Shown: piece by piece, positions 15,731-29,027 of the stretch | Layout of the letters: each line of letters opens with the position of its first letter | How positions within the stretch are numbered: position 1 is the first letter of the stretch | Source of the DNA: Guillardia theta CCMP2712 | Taxonomy: Eukaryota; Protista; Cryptophyta | Assembly: GCF_000315625.1 (NCBI RefSeq) | Contig: NW_005434653.1 | Span: forward strand, 722,045 to 785,990 | Direction of reading: 5' to 3' | Length of the DNA: 63,946 nt | Made by a program: the position numbers and the translations under genes | The notes under the pieces: generated by a model | The model's input: the letters and a program-made list of their open reading frames with translations, nothing else | What the model was told of the DNA's origin: nothing | Database searches by the model: none

Positions 15731-18700
15731 ATGGAGAAGATCAGGGCAGAGGGAGTGAGCGTGAAGATCCTGATGGAGCTCAGCAGAGAGGAAATGGTCA
15801 AAGAGTTGAGCCTCTCCGAGGTGCAGGCAGATGCTCTGGTTGCCACGATGAAGGAGGAAGAGGAAAGGCTTACAAGCGTGAGGACCTGGAGCGAAGAGGA
15901 GGTGGTGGAGTGGCTAGGGTCCCTAGGAAAAGAATTTGCTGCGTACGAGGATAGCTTTCTTTTTCACAATGTCAATGGCGATCTATTGCTGGATCTCACC
16001 GCCGAGGACCTGGTAAGGGCGACTGGAAAAGTTTGAACTGACCCAGGGTTGCTTCGCCTCCTTCCTTCGTCCATCTCTATTCCGTGCTTCATGTCCATAT
16101 ATCTCCAATGATCTTGCAGCCCGAGCTTCCTTTCATCATCCCATCTCCTCAGAAGCGACCCTGCGTGTTCCTAACGACCCCTGAAATCTACATTGCTAGG
16201 TTGATGACCTTGGAGTCGACAAGCTAGGGCACAGGATGCAGATCTTGGATGAGATTGCCTACTTGAAGAAGATCTGCTACAAGTCAGCACGCAGCTCAAA
16301 GGGCCTCGCGCGCAACCAGATGAACCTGCCGTCGTTTGATGAGATTGAGAATTTGAAGCGGGTGAGAAGATACAGCTGTTGCTCTTGCTCTTGCCGTGGC
16401 CGTTGCCGTTGTAGCTCCTAGCGCGTCGATGGGGATGAACTTGCGCGTGTTTGCGAGCAAGGCGAGCAAACAGACGTGTTTGTGAACGTGTGTATTTGCA
16501 GCAAAAGGCTATACGACTTCAGAGCAACCTGGACGTCCTCAAGCACAAGGTTGAACGAGAATGGCAGGAAGTTGTTTCATGCGGTTGATGGGGATGGTGC
16601 TGCAGGTGAACCAGATGAGGGATGCTGAGGCCAAGGCAAAGTTGCTCGCCCGTCAGGTCCTAGCAGCAGCCCGTGCTTTCTTCGAGATGAGTGTCTGGAC
16701 AGGCGGAGGCAGAAGCTGGGAAGATCCAAACGCAGCTGAGGAGGCTGAAGACGGAACCGAAAGAGCAGGGCAAGAATGGTACCTGGACTCTCTCAGGGGT
16801 GGTGGCGGTGGTGCTCATGTTTGGAGCAGACAAACTCAACAAGCGAGGAGTCGTGAGGGGGTGGATGGAGCAGGTCCGGTCCTGACTTGTTGTCTGGTGA
16901 GCCTTACAGCCCGGGCAGTGCACGTTCAAACCGAAGTTGAACCCGACGTCGCTGGAGATTGTCGAGAGGACTTTTGGTCGGTCACTTCAGTAACGGCTGG
17001 GAGAGGCTAAGGGGAGGTGGCAGGGGACAGCGACATCCATCGGAGATTCGAGTCTCAGAAGGCTACAAAGGTCGATGAGCAGGAGGAGAGGAGGCGGAGG
17101 AACAATGACGGGTGTGACAGGAGAAAAAGCTCAAGGAACTGCAGAAGATGCTCTCTGCGGTACAAGGCTGATGGTCTCTCTAAGAGGGGATGTGAGCTGT
17201 GAGGTCAGGACGACAAGACCGAAGCTGAGTTGAGAGAGAAGTACATGAAGTACTTCCAGGAGAAGCTTGAGTGGGACACGAGGTGAAAGTTCCCTTCCGT
17301 CATGACAGGTTGTGACTCGTGTCAACCCTCCCCAGCTCGGGAGTGCAGGAGAGCAAGGTCGACTCGTTCCTGTCCAACCCGGCAGCGTACAATGTTGAGG
17401 TATCGCTGCTCCTCACCCTCCAGCGTCGACTGAGCTTGTCCTTTGCTGGGCAGTTGACAGACAAACAGATCAGACACATCAGGTCAGGTCGCCCTGTGAC
17501 GGGAGCTCAGGGCTGATCAGCTCGTTGCAGGAGACTGAAAGGAGCTCCACAATATGTCGCCATCTACCACGCGTGCTTGATCAGCGATTTCCTGCAGAGG
17601 AACTGGCTGGTGCAGCTGTCTCGATGTGGAGCTGGTCCGTCCTGCTGATGATCGAAGCAGAAGGCTGCAAACGAAGCGAAAGCGAAGTCGGAAAACAAGC
17701 AAGCAGCCACGCTGAAACAGCCGAACAAGCTAGGTGATGACGGCGGGATGGGAGGCGAGGGAGTGAGGTGAGAGTATGAACAGACAAGTACTTCATCGAA
17801 CGCTTCAAGTGGAAGGAGGTGTGAGGCGTTGAAGGAGCAAAAACGAGGAGAAGTGAAAGCTGCAAAACTTTACAGGTCAACAACGGCAGGCTTGATGACC
17901 TCCTCGACAACAGCAAGGGTGAGATGATGGTTGAAACTCCTCCTCCTCTGATCCCATCGAGCAGCCTACGAGCTCGAGCTGTCCGAGCAGCAGCTTGCTC
18001 ACTTCCGCAACCTTGAGGTGTCTAGCAGAAGCTCCCGACCTTGCGATCCTCCTCCCTCATCCTCTCCTCTCTCCCTCCTCTCTCTTCCTCTCCTCTCATC
18101 CTCCTCCCTCTTCTTCTCTTATCCTCTTCTCTGTGCGTCTTTTCTCCTCCTCCTCCTGTTTCTCGAGCTTGTCCCTCCTCACCTTATCCTCTCTCTTCCT
18201 CCTGTAAACTCTCTCTCAATTCTTCTCCTCAATTTCTTCTGCTCTTCCCTCACCCTTCCCCAGGTTTCCAAGAAGAAGCATGCAATCTTTCAAGCCTTGC
18301 AAACTCAGTCGTTCTTAATGGTCAGTCTTAGATCACTCGCTCCTCCACCACCACCTCCACCTCTTCCTCTTCTTTGTCCTCCCCCCTCAGGCCTTGCCGT
18401 GTAGAGGAACGCAGCCGACGTCCGGAGACGTGAGCAGGCCCAGCTCAAGGCCTTCGAGGTTCCGCGGGTAGATCCTCTGCCGGACTTCACTTACCTCTTG
18501 ACGTCCTTGGAAGCCGTACAGTGCTGTGAGCGGCAGGGGAGGAAGGAATGTCGTGCGAAGCTTCCTGGAAAGGTGATAAAGGAGGAGGAGCAGGAGAAGT
18601 CTGAAGGGGACGAAGGTATCATCAAGATATGGAGACGCGGCAAGAAAGGAAGAAGGCGCTGGTAGACAAAGTGAAGGTGCCTGTATCTTCCACAGGAGGA

Positions 18701-18833
18701 GGAAACGAGCCTGACTGTTTCCTGGTAGAAGGAAGACCCGAACTTCAAGGAGTGTACTTTCCGTCCCAACCTGCATGCCAGGAGCGAATCGCCAGAATTG
18801 GCGGAGAACTTCGCGGAGGAGCAAACAGCATGA
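15731..18833 (+). CDS. SAM (sterile alpha motif) domain coiled-coil protein with CTF[KR]P motifs, multi-exon
   Basis: VRTWSEEEVVEWLGSLGKEFAAYEDSFLFHNVNGDLLLDLTAEDL|VDDLGVDKLGHRMQILDEI is a canonical SAM domain. Later exons contain QCTFKPKLNP and ECTFRPNL. Start and end approximate. Confidence 0.75.
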
Positions 18834-18947
18834 CAGTGCTGATGCTTTTCGGTCTCGTTGTTAATTATTCTTGTACAAGTGAAAGTGAAGGTAGAAGTTT
18901 CATTCTCACTCCCCTCCTCCCTCTCTCTCCGTCTCCGGCTACCCAGC

Positions 18948-19664
18948 TCACTTGCCAGCAGCGATCATCTCGTAGGCCACCTGCCGCAAACTTCAGCGAG
19001 GAGGGAGGCGAGAGGGGAAACCTTGAAGGTCATGATGGCGAGAGGGAAGTCACCCAAGTGGGAGAAGATGCCTACAAACGTTTCAGCCTCCTCACCCTGT
19101 CCCACCTCCTTATCGATCTCACCTCCCACCATCCTCCCCTTAGGCCCGTTGTTGGCGTAACCGTAGCCGTACAGGAAGCGACCAACCACCTTCGAAGCAA
19201 GTCACTCCCTCCCTCTCTACCTACCTACCTCCCTCCCTCCCCCTCCATCCTCCCGTCCCTCGACTCTTCTCAACCTATTCCCCACTCTCACACCCCTCCT
19301 CCTCTCCGCATTCTCTCATACCCAGATTCCTCCGCAGACAGCAGAAGTCAAGGGATACTTCAATCCGCACAGAAGCATCTGCATCATGACCATGGGGAAG
19401 GACTCGAGGGTGTTCTGGTTGCGCGATCCGTCAGTCACTGAGAGCCAGAGGAACTCGAGCAGAGGGAAGGGGAAGGAGAGGAGAGGTGGGGGCAGGAGTG
19501 TGAGAAACTTTGAACAAAAGCTCTCGGGGCATGTAAATCATTCGAATATGGACGTCAAATCACGAGAGAGGGCATTCGAGGATACTTGCTAATCATCTAC
19601 ACCTCTGCTACCTTTCCTCTCCCGATCCTTACCTCTTAACCCTTTTCTCTCCTCCTCCTCCTCC

Positions 19665-19738
<74 letters not shown>

Positions 19739-20133
19739 GTCATCATCGTCATCATCATCATCCCCTCCCCTCCTTTTCTCCTCCTCTTTTCCTCCTCCGT
19801 TTCTTCCCTCCTCCTCTCCTCCTCGTACCTGATGAGCACGCTGGACGCAGTTGAACGCTTCCTCGTGCTTATGGCCTGCAGGAGCATAGAGGAGAGGGTA
19901 CTCGACCTTGAACCTGAGGACAGGGTTTGAGCCAAGAAGTTGGGAGAGGAGAGGAAAAGAGAGGAGAGGAGAGGAGAGCGAACAAGATAAGAGTTGATAG
20001 AAGGGACTGATGGGACTCACTTCTTGCGAGCAGTCACCACATTGATGGTGAGGTACATGTTGAGCAAGAAGCTGCCGCCAACGACGGCAACGACGTATCT
20101 GCCAAGTCCATCAGCTTCCAACGAGATGATCAT
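18948..20133 (-). CDS. MGST3: MAPEG family microsomal glutathione S-transferase 3-like protein, multi-exon
   Basis: VVTARKK|FKVEYPLLYA..FNCVQRAHQ|NTLESFP..GLKYPLTSAVCGGIW|VVGRFLYGYGYANNGPKGRM.. carries the MAPEG FNCxQRAHQNTLE signature. Confidence 0.9.
19665..19760. repeat. (CAT)n microsatellite in an MGST3 intron
   Basis: Direct reading. Confidence 0.93.
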
Positions 20134-21208
20134 ATCCACCCATCTCCTCGTTCATGGTTTTGCACAGGACAAGATCTGTGCGGAATTTGTACAAGGTATT
20201 GATTAACCTTGTTCAGGATCTTGAGCACCACCGCATCTCTTTCATATTTGATCATTGTTCGCTGCTTCGAAATCTCCTCTTATTCCTCCTTTTCACTTGA
20301 CCCGATCTTCTCATCAACTGCTCCTACTCCTCATCATACGCATACTGCTGTCGACCTTCCTTCATTCTTTCTGTTCTGCTCTTCTTTCTCCATCTCAGCT
20401 TCCCCTTACCCTTACCCTTACCCTTACCCTTTCCCCTCCTCCTCCTCCTCCTCCTCCTCCTCCTCGTCCACTCACCCATATCCCTTGGGCAAGCTCTCCA
20501 TCTTCGGCGGTGATCGATACCCCCCCCTCTCTACCCCACCTCACTATGAAGCCTTGCATCCCCACCGGTTCAAAAGAGCAACCAATGACCCCTCACCCCA
20601 CCTCTTTGATAACCTACCCCCTCAATTAACTTAGAAGTACCCCTGTAAATTATAGATCAATCGGCATCAAAATGACCCCTACCCACTCATTTTCATACCC
20701 CTATCCCCTTGGACACTTTACTCCAACCCAGAAGGTCCGCTCTCCTTGGAGTCCACCACCCCTCCAGAGAATCTTTTGTACCCCTTACTTCTACTGATTG
20801 TACCCCCCTTTTGTAGACCACCCTATACCTGAGTACCCACCCCTTTCTACCACCTCTGATCATTGCAGTGCCCCCGTTGCTTCGAGAACGCGACCACCAC
20901 TCCCACAAAATCAATATTAGTACCACCCGTGGTATACAAGACCCCTACCATTTGAATGATCACCCCTCGTAATTAGAATATTTTCAATTCAATTGACCCG
21001 GGTCATTTACACCCTTACCCCCTTTGAAAAGCTCAATGTTTGGACACCCCTCGATCCCTTTAGACCCAGAAGAAATGATTTTTTTCGAAGAAATTTTTAC
21101 ACGCCAAACACGCCTTGATGACTGAGCCGGAAGATGCGGCATGGAGAGACAGGGACAGGAGAGGGGCAGAGACATGGAGTGGGACAGTGAGTGGGTGGAA
21201 CTTAGGAA

Positions 21209-21300
21209 GGGAGAGGGAGAGGGAGAGGGAGAGGGAGAGGGAGAGGGAGAGGGAGAGGGAGAGGGAGAGGGAGAGGGAGAGGGAGAGGGAGAGGGAGAGG
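21209..21300. repeat. (GGGAGA)n hexamer microsatellite
   Basis: Direct reading. Confidence 0.95.
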
Positions 21301-22186
21301 CGGAGTGCCGATGTTTCTGTAGAGCTTGCACAGTCTGCATTTATTGCTGTGTGATCTATATCGCAAGGAAGGTCGAACATGCAAGAAGCGATCTTCCTCT
21401 GACCCGGCATTTTGCACCACAATGCTCGTGAGTTCGGGCCACCTTTGCCCGGCTCTGCCGCACCAAAGGTCAGGGTAGCCAGGGGATGATCGCAAGAGGA
21501 GCAGGGAGGCATGAAATGAAGCAGAATTGCCTGTTGCTTCTTGTCTCTCCCACATCAACTGATCATGTTAGTGTATACATCAAGCTGGTTGCATCAAACT
21601 ACTTCTTGCTCCATACATTCTTGAAATGCATCTGAGTTTCGTCTCAAACGCTAGCCCACTAAGTTGATCGGGAGAGCTGTCAGGGTTGCTCAACCTAGGA
21701 TGTTCTCGTCCCCAAGTGAGACAGCATTGAGAGATGGATGAGATCCGCAAAGAAAGACAATTCGCGTTGCGGCTTTGGTCGAGCATGTGATCAACTTGTG
21801 GGAGAAGGTGCTCCTGTTACTGCCGCAAGGATGTCTGCATGCAGCGGAGGTGAAGTCGTGTCGTTTGAGGTGAATTCCTCTCGTTGAAATCTCCTCTTCT
21901 CTAGTGCATGCTTGCTGCGGCTTTCTCCCTCTTTTCTCGGCCACTCTTCACCTGCTTCTCGACGATGCACAAACATGACAGATTCAACTTGCAGATCGTC
22001 GGGACAGGAGGAGGAGTGGAGAACATCTCTGTTGAGCTCCGATGATCTTGCTCCATACATGATGAGCTCGGGAAAGGAGGCGGGTTGACAAGAGGATCAA
22101 ACTTAGAGTAAATCGGCACAAATCAAACAAGATTGGACGCCAAGAGAGCTGCTGCGAGATTCTCTCATCCTCCTCCTTCCTAGCGA

Positions 22187-24961
22187 TCACTCGCTCGTCC
22201 AGCAGTCCTCGTCGCCCTGGCAGACCTTCTGCTTGGCCTCTGCCATCATGGCGATGAAGTTGAGGAGCTCTTTCCTCTCGTCTTCCGTCCCTTCCACAGT
22301 CACCACCCTCAGGCTGTGCCGAGTCATCAGCTCGTTAATTTCAGCCGTGGACATGGTGAAGTGTGCAAGAGCGACTTTTTCGTCCCCCTTGTTGCGCATG
22401 CCGGAGGAGAAGAACTGAAACGTGTGGAAGTTCGAGAGCTGCCAGTCCAGAAGGATCCTGGCGGCCGAGAGGTCGGTACACTGCTCGGTGCGCCGGAAGA
22501 GGACGGCGAGCTGGCTCGTGATGTTGCGGAAGTTGAAGAAGAAAGCAACGATGTGGACAAGGGAACAGATGATGTTGAGGGGCGTGAGGAAGGCGAGGTC
22601 GATCCTGTGCTCGACGTCAAGCATGCAGATGCGGTCATGTTCCCCACCTCGAATACTCCTTGGTGATGCTGTGAATGTCCAGCAGCCACCTCCTGCTGGA
22701 CCTGCCCCGCAGCCTCTGCGACCAACGTCAAGGGAGGACGGGAGGACATGGAGGAGGGTCTGTGCCTGGTATGTGTCGGTCATGAGCGCGATGAGGAGGT
22801 TGAGGAGGATGACGTTGAGCACGACATAAGTCAGGATGAGGAAGCCGATGGAGGCGTCTGCGAGAGGGTTAGAAGGATGCGGCGGGGGGGGGGGGGAGGG
22901 AGAAGGAGGAAGAGGTTGAAGAAGGGGGGCAAGGAGGGAGGAAGGGGAGAAAGTCGAGGGAAGAGGGAAGAGGAGGGGGGAAAGCAGCTTGTCGCTCTTA
23001 CCGTTTGTCATCTCCTCCATGTGTATGTCACCCCATGACTGCTGGAGGGTCAGGCTGAGCTGTCAGCGAGCAAGGGAGGAAGACCAGGAGCATGGCACGG
23101 TAGATCCACCATGTTGGATAGCAGGTGATGAAGTTGTAGTTGTCAAGCTGATCCATGTCAACATGGCAGTTGTCCTGAAGAGCCTGGAAGAAGGTGAGAA
23201 CTGATCGCTGGGCGCTGAAGAACCTTGGGGAGAGTTGTTCCCAGCATGAGAACGGCGAGAGAGAGGAGGATGATGAAGTACCTGCGGGAAGACATATCAG
23301 AGAGGTCAACAAGGCGAGGGAGTTGAACAGGGTTACTGAGAGAGAACAAGCTTACAACAGATAAACAAGTGCCGAGGGAGAACAAGAAGCTCTCTCCAAC
23401 TTACAAGAAGACAAACTTGATGATGTCAACAAACATCTTGAAGATAATCCATACCTGTTCGCACGCACCTTCAATCCTCACAAGGCCGACCTCCTCCACC
23501 ATCTCACCAGGATGCCTATGTCCTTGTGGGCAAGCACGAACTGAAGGAGGCGGAGGTAGGTGAAGAAGAGGCTGAAGCAGTAGCACAGCCTGAAACTCAA
23601 GTACGGCGTCGAATGGCCGATCCTGTCAAAGTGTCAACGGACCGGTGGCACTGGAGTCCTCCTCCTCCTCCCTACATGTCGGCGGTGAAAGAAATCTCCT
23701 GACAGTCGTTGTTGTCCATTGTGCAGTGAGCATGCAGCAAGAATCCGAGGATGTAAGATACGAAGGCTCCGATCTCCAAGATGTTCCTGCAGGTGCTGAC
23801 ATGTTACAATCTCGCTTAGAGTTGTGGAGAAACCAACCAGATGGAGTAGAAGTACTCGCGCCATCCCTCCAGGAAGAGCTGGATCAGCTCACGGATAATG
23901 GAAGAGATGTAATGTCTGTTGCCAAGGGAGGAGAGCACAAGGATGCGGCGAGAGGTGGAGAAATGTTAGAGAAGGGTTGCAAGAAGAAAGTGGGCACTTA
24001 GGAGCGGATGAGAAGAGGAGAGGGCGGTGGGAGAAGGTGGAAGGGAAAAGAAGAGGAGCTTTAGGGGGACAAGAACAAGAACAAGAAGAGATGGAGGAGA
24101 TTGCAGATGACGGAAGGAGGAGCAAGAAGACGAAGACGAAGAAGGAGGAGGAGAAGGAGGAGGAGGAGGAGGAGGAGAAGCAAGAAGAAGCAAGAAGCAA
24201 GTCAAAGAGAGCCCTGAACTCACCCGAGAAGTACCCACTCGACCCAGTGAAGCTTGTCGGCCAACATGGAGTACTTGTAGTCGGGGATGACGATGATGGT
24301 GAAGATGACCGTGAGAACGAGCAGCTGCAGCCCGTTGGCAACGAAGATGATGATGGGTGAGGCAAGGAAGCAAACTGGTGTGAGGAGGAGGAGGAGGCAG
24401 GAGTGTCAGAAACCTGCCCCGCTACGTCATCAACAGCAAATCTGCTCACAGAAACGATCGACAGCTCGCATCTCCTTGTGGTTGAACCGCTGAGTCACAG
24501 GCTGAAGAGCCTTGCAGCTGCCGTCCAGGGTCAGAGGGGAAGAGACACACAAGGTTGTCGTCGGGGGCAGGAGGGACTGAGGGCAAGAGAGTCGTCGGGG
24601 GCAGGAGGGACTGAGGGCAAGAGAGTCGTCGGGGGCAGGAGGGACTGAGGGGAAGAGAGTCGTCGGGGGCAGGAGGGACTGACATGAAGTCTTGGGCCTC
24701 GTGCTTGAAGTGGAACTCGAATCCAAGGAACTCAAGGAATCCCCATCCTTGGAACATGGCAGGGATGCCGAACATGATGGTGCCGGCCAGGACGGACAGG
24801 AAGGAGGTGGAGGTTGCGAGGTCGCCGTGGAAGCTGCTGATGATGGTTGGCGCGCAGCAAGTCTCAAGGAACCTGTCCGAGTCGCTCAGAACCGCCAGGT
24901 CGACGAGCGTCTTGTCTCGGAAGATTCTAGCACGGATATTGAGCGCCTGCGCGTTGAGTCA

Positions 24962-25009
<48 letters not shown>

Positions 25010-25368
25010 GCAACAGCGGCGGCGGCGGCGGCGGCGGAAGCAGCAGCATGATGGAGGAGTGAGGTTGCTTACGCTCGCTACACCAAAAGAGCTCTTCTGG
25101 GCCTTGTCGTTGTCGACGGCATGTTGGTAGACCCTGATGGCTTTTTGTTCAAAGTTGTCGGCTGTGGTCTGGTAGAGCTTCTTCATGGCAGCGTTCAGAT
25201 GTCTTCCCTCCGACTTCTTGCGGAAGTAGAAAGCGGCCTAACGGCGACAGTGAGCAGGTAGGAGAGCAAGTAAGGGATGGAAAGAAAGAAACAGACTGTA
25301 CATGATCAAGAATAAACGTAAGCAGTGGGAGGAGAAAACCAAAATCAACATGACGTCCGACAAAACCC

Positions 25369-25460
<92 letters not shown>

Positions 25461-27804
25461 AGGATAAAGCAAGACCGTGATAGCGTAGATGATGGGGTTC
25501 ATCGACTCAGCCCAGAAGATTCCAGTCTTGTCTACGTCAGGGATCCAGCGTCTCCAGATGAGGACGGCGAGGTCCACCTTGTCACAGGCGATAGTAGACA
25601 GGAACAAGTCCGCGAAGGGGCCGTCAGCGCCGAGATGGTAGGTGAAGGACGAGTCGCAGATGGACTTGAAGTGAGCCTCGAGGAGTTGTTGTTTCGTGAT
25701 GAGCTCTGTTATCAGCCACTTCTTCTCAAAGTCTCCTTGCAGCGGCAGGGTGCTGGTGTATCCTCGGAGATTCAAGGAGTGGAACCATGGCTCCTTCACC
25801 TCCCACTTCTCGCTCACCCGTTGGGCAGGACCAGACGCTGTGGAAGGAGACGCCTTGGAAGGAGGAGGAGGAGGAGGAGCCGTAAGGATGGCGTTGAGAC
25901 GCTTCAGGGAGCTCAAGGCTTCCAGCGACCCGTCTTTGAGTGCTTGCTCCAACGTCGTCCAGGAGATGTTGACGAACTGAAGGTATGGCAGCTCTGCTAG
26001 CAAGAGCTCGATCACCTGGGTCGAGGAATGCCGGAACGCTTCTACGAAGTTTTCCTCCAGAGACGCGAAGAAAGAGCCTTTGATCTCCAAGTCCTCCAGC
26101 CCTTGCCGCAGAAGCCTCGACAGCACGCGGGGACTTTGGAACTTGATCGCCATCGAGAGCCTCTGGTGGAAAAGATCGCCTGCCCCTCCTGACGGACTCT
26201 TGCTCATGTGCTCCAAGATACATTCCAGCATTGCGTCCTTGAAATCTCCCTCCTTGTGTGCGGCTCTGAGGTCGAACATACAGCAGCTGCCGCTGCCCGC
26301 TATGGCGCTCACCTCGTCCAGGAGCCTCAAGGCGTCGCTGTGTGTGTTGAGATTCGCAACCAGGTGGTACTGCTTCAGAGTCTCCATCACATTGCTTGCT
26401 GACCTCTGTCCTTGCAGACATTCTCTGAGTAAGACCTGCCTTGGATGTAGCTCCTGCAGTTCTTGCTTCCTCAGCCGAAGAGCGTCGCTGATAAGATCGG
26501 CTGCCCTCCCGCTGCCATTCACCACCAGGCAGGGAGTGTTTGCTTTGATAGCATCGTACAGAGTCTTCACTGAGAAAAAGTCATCAAACTTCTCATCGAC
26601 ATCTGCATGAGGCTACCTGACCCTTCCCCTCCTTGAACACAGATTGAGATCACAGGAATCGTTTGCGAGCGACCTTCTATGAGGGGGCTTTGGAGGTTTG
26701 CTTTGTCTTTGATCGCGCTTTCTAGGTTTGCTCTGAAAGTTGTTTCCTCCCCAAAACGTTCCTCATCCTTCAACCTGCCATTGTTGATCTTCTTGTCCAC
26801 CAGAATGAAGTGCGAGTGGTTGAAGTCCTGCGGGAAACATGGCGAGAGTGGTGAGTTGAGGTGCAAACATGAACATCGCAACAAGCAAGACAAGAGCAAC
26901 AGTCGGGAGTTATGCTCATGAAGATTGGAAGGAATTCATCACGACAACTCACCAGCATTTCTTTATTCGGTCCATTGGTTTGAAGCACACTAAACGAGCT
27001 GTGCGAGTTGACAGAGAAGGAGTTGTAGATGGGCTTCTCTTCCTGCTTGCCGTTGGGTGTCTGCAACAAGGAAACTCCTTTCAACCTCACATCAGATCAC
27101 TCGCAACTGAGACCTTTGACGTTGTGAGCACTTCGCTCCCCTTCACAACAGCCTGAGGTACGATCCCGAGCAGGTTGATGCTCATCTCATACTTGGCTCG
27201 CGCCTCTCCCACGTACCTAGACATCGTCAACCATGGAGCAAGGCCTGTCTCGCCTACTTCATGATGCCCGAGTGAGTTCCTCCGGTAACCACCAGCGGCT
27301 TCAGGTGCTTCAACCCCAGCACTACATCTCGCATGATCAACTCCTTGTGCTTGAAACTGAGGTCGAAGTACTTGGCCTGCCATCATCGTCGCTCACAAGA
27401 AACTCCCGCGAGCTCCTCATCTCACCCCTCCTGTCACAGACACGATGATCCCTGACTCAGTCAGACTCTTCCAGCCCTCGGATCTCGTCATGGCTTCCAG
27501 CACCGCCTGGGCGAACCTGGTCTCATCGACCTGGTCGCTCGAGACGACCATGAAGTGAGCGGGACTGCAGAGGTTATGCTCGCACCACTCGAAAGTCCCT
27601 GACTCAGGGCGAACCTCGGGGTCACGAGAGGTATTGGAGCCCGAGGATGCTGTGTCGGTCCATATGGGATGATGGAGACAGATGTCACCAGTAACACCTG
27701 GATACTTGTCGGATGAGGGAGATTGCTGATATGGATTCCCTTCTGAAAAACCTATCCCTGCTTGCATCTCTTTTGGCCGGATCATGATCGACCTGTCTCG
27801 ACAT
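22187..27804 (-). CDS. TRPM-like cation channel (N-terminal SLOG/MHR domain, TM core, TRP helix), multi-exon. The C-terminus may extend to about 21.4 kb.
   Basis: SLOG/MHR motifs GIIVSVTGG, VVTGGTHSGIMK|YVGEA, DFNHSHFILVD, FGEETTFRANLE, IPVISICVQGG and TPCLVVNGSGRAADLIS. S6 VVLNVILLNLLIALMTDTYQ is followed by TRP-box-like RLRGRSSRRWLLDIHSITKEY and AFLTPLNII. Confidence 0.88.
24557..24682. repeat. 34-bp intronic minisatellite (gtcgtcgggggcaggagggactgagggcaagaga) x about 3.7
   Basis: Units start at 24557, 24591, 24625 and 24659. Confidence 0.93.
25371..25457. repeat. (GCA)n intronic microsatellite
   Basis: Direct reading. Confidence 0.93.
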
Positions 27805-28624
27805 GGTAAGATTGCGAGCTTTCATTCTAAGAACCCTTGAGAATATCCGCCAATCGATCCCACAACATCCCTCCCCTTCCCCGCCCTCTCCCCACACACG
27901 TCCATTTCTCTGTCCCTCTCCTCCACCATCTCTCCTCTCGGATCCTCTAGTGTACAATAAAAAAGAGATGCGGCTAGTCGGCTACCCTACCCCCTCTTTT
28001 CCCCTGGACCACCCCTCAAATCATAGTCTTGCGCCCCTCACTCCTCCAAGGGATGACCAGCATCACTCAATTCACCATGAGACGTAGTGCCGCCCCTCAT
28101 CCCCTCTCAGTGCCGCTGCTAACTGTGCCCCTCATCCCCTCTGAGTGGTCACCAGTAGTGTCGCTCTCAGCCATGCCTTCATCCCGGCGGGATCAGTGGC
28201 CCGGCGGCGCGCACCGTCAGCCTGTGAGGCGTCACTAGTACCAGTGCCATGCATGATGAAGAGGGCCGCCCGGCATACTCGGACCGTACAGTCAGCGGCA
28301 GACCGAGCTGCCACTGGGCCGGCCCCGGCCCGGGTCACCGTGTGACAAGTCGACCGGGATCGCACTGCATGCCACCGCCAGCTGAGCCGCCGCCGCCGCG
28401 TGCCAGTCAGCTAGAGCGCCGAGTTAACAAAACTCTCCTGTAAATCCAGACGCGCCGTGTGAGACGAAGAGGAGGCCTTCCTATTCCTACTCGGAGTCTT
28501 GCTAAGGTCCTCTCACTGAGTCATGTCGGGACTCACGGTGCCGCTTGGGTTCCGACAAGCCAAGTTGCAGCTGAGGTCGATACTTCATATCATCGGATGT
28601 CTGCATCACTTTGTCAGAGTACAA

Positions 28625-29027
28625 GGCCCGTTTCCCGCCGGCTCCCAGATTCCAGATTCCAGATTTTTTCATACAAATATCATAGTAACTGAGTCAATCA
28701 AGTTCTTTTTTTTCTCCTCCAAATGTTCAGTGGGAGAACTCAACTATAAGTCATTTTAATTTGAGAATGAAACGATGCGGTTGACTTTCCCAGTTTTTGC
28801 TTTTCGAATGGGCAGGCACTATATATGTTGAAATATACTATCAGCTCAATCGAGAAAAATTGTTAGAATGTAGGGAGGGTACGCTGGGAGCATCAAATAT
28901 GAACAGGCAGTGGACCCACCCCCTGTCAGTATGTATTGAAAGCACCGGTGAATATTTCGGGGTAAATTTCAAATCACTTTCAATAAAGTAAAAAATCTGG
29001 AATCTGGGAGCCGGCGGGAAACGGCCC
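28625..29027. mobile_element. MITE / non-autonomous DNA transposon (403 bp), PIF/Harbinger-like
   Basis: Left TIR GGCCCGTTTCCCGCCGGCTCCCAGATTCCAGATT(CCAGATT)TTTT at 28625-28669. The right TIR at 28990-29027 is its reverse complement with one mismatch and without the extra 7-mer. CAA lies directly on both flanks (28622-24 and 29028-30). AT-rich non-coding interior. Confidence 0.85.

Noticed and set aside
25302-25470. Poly-Cys or poly-Ala tract in the channel protein
   Set aside because: The (GCA)n repeat lies within an intron of the TRPM-like gene.
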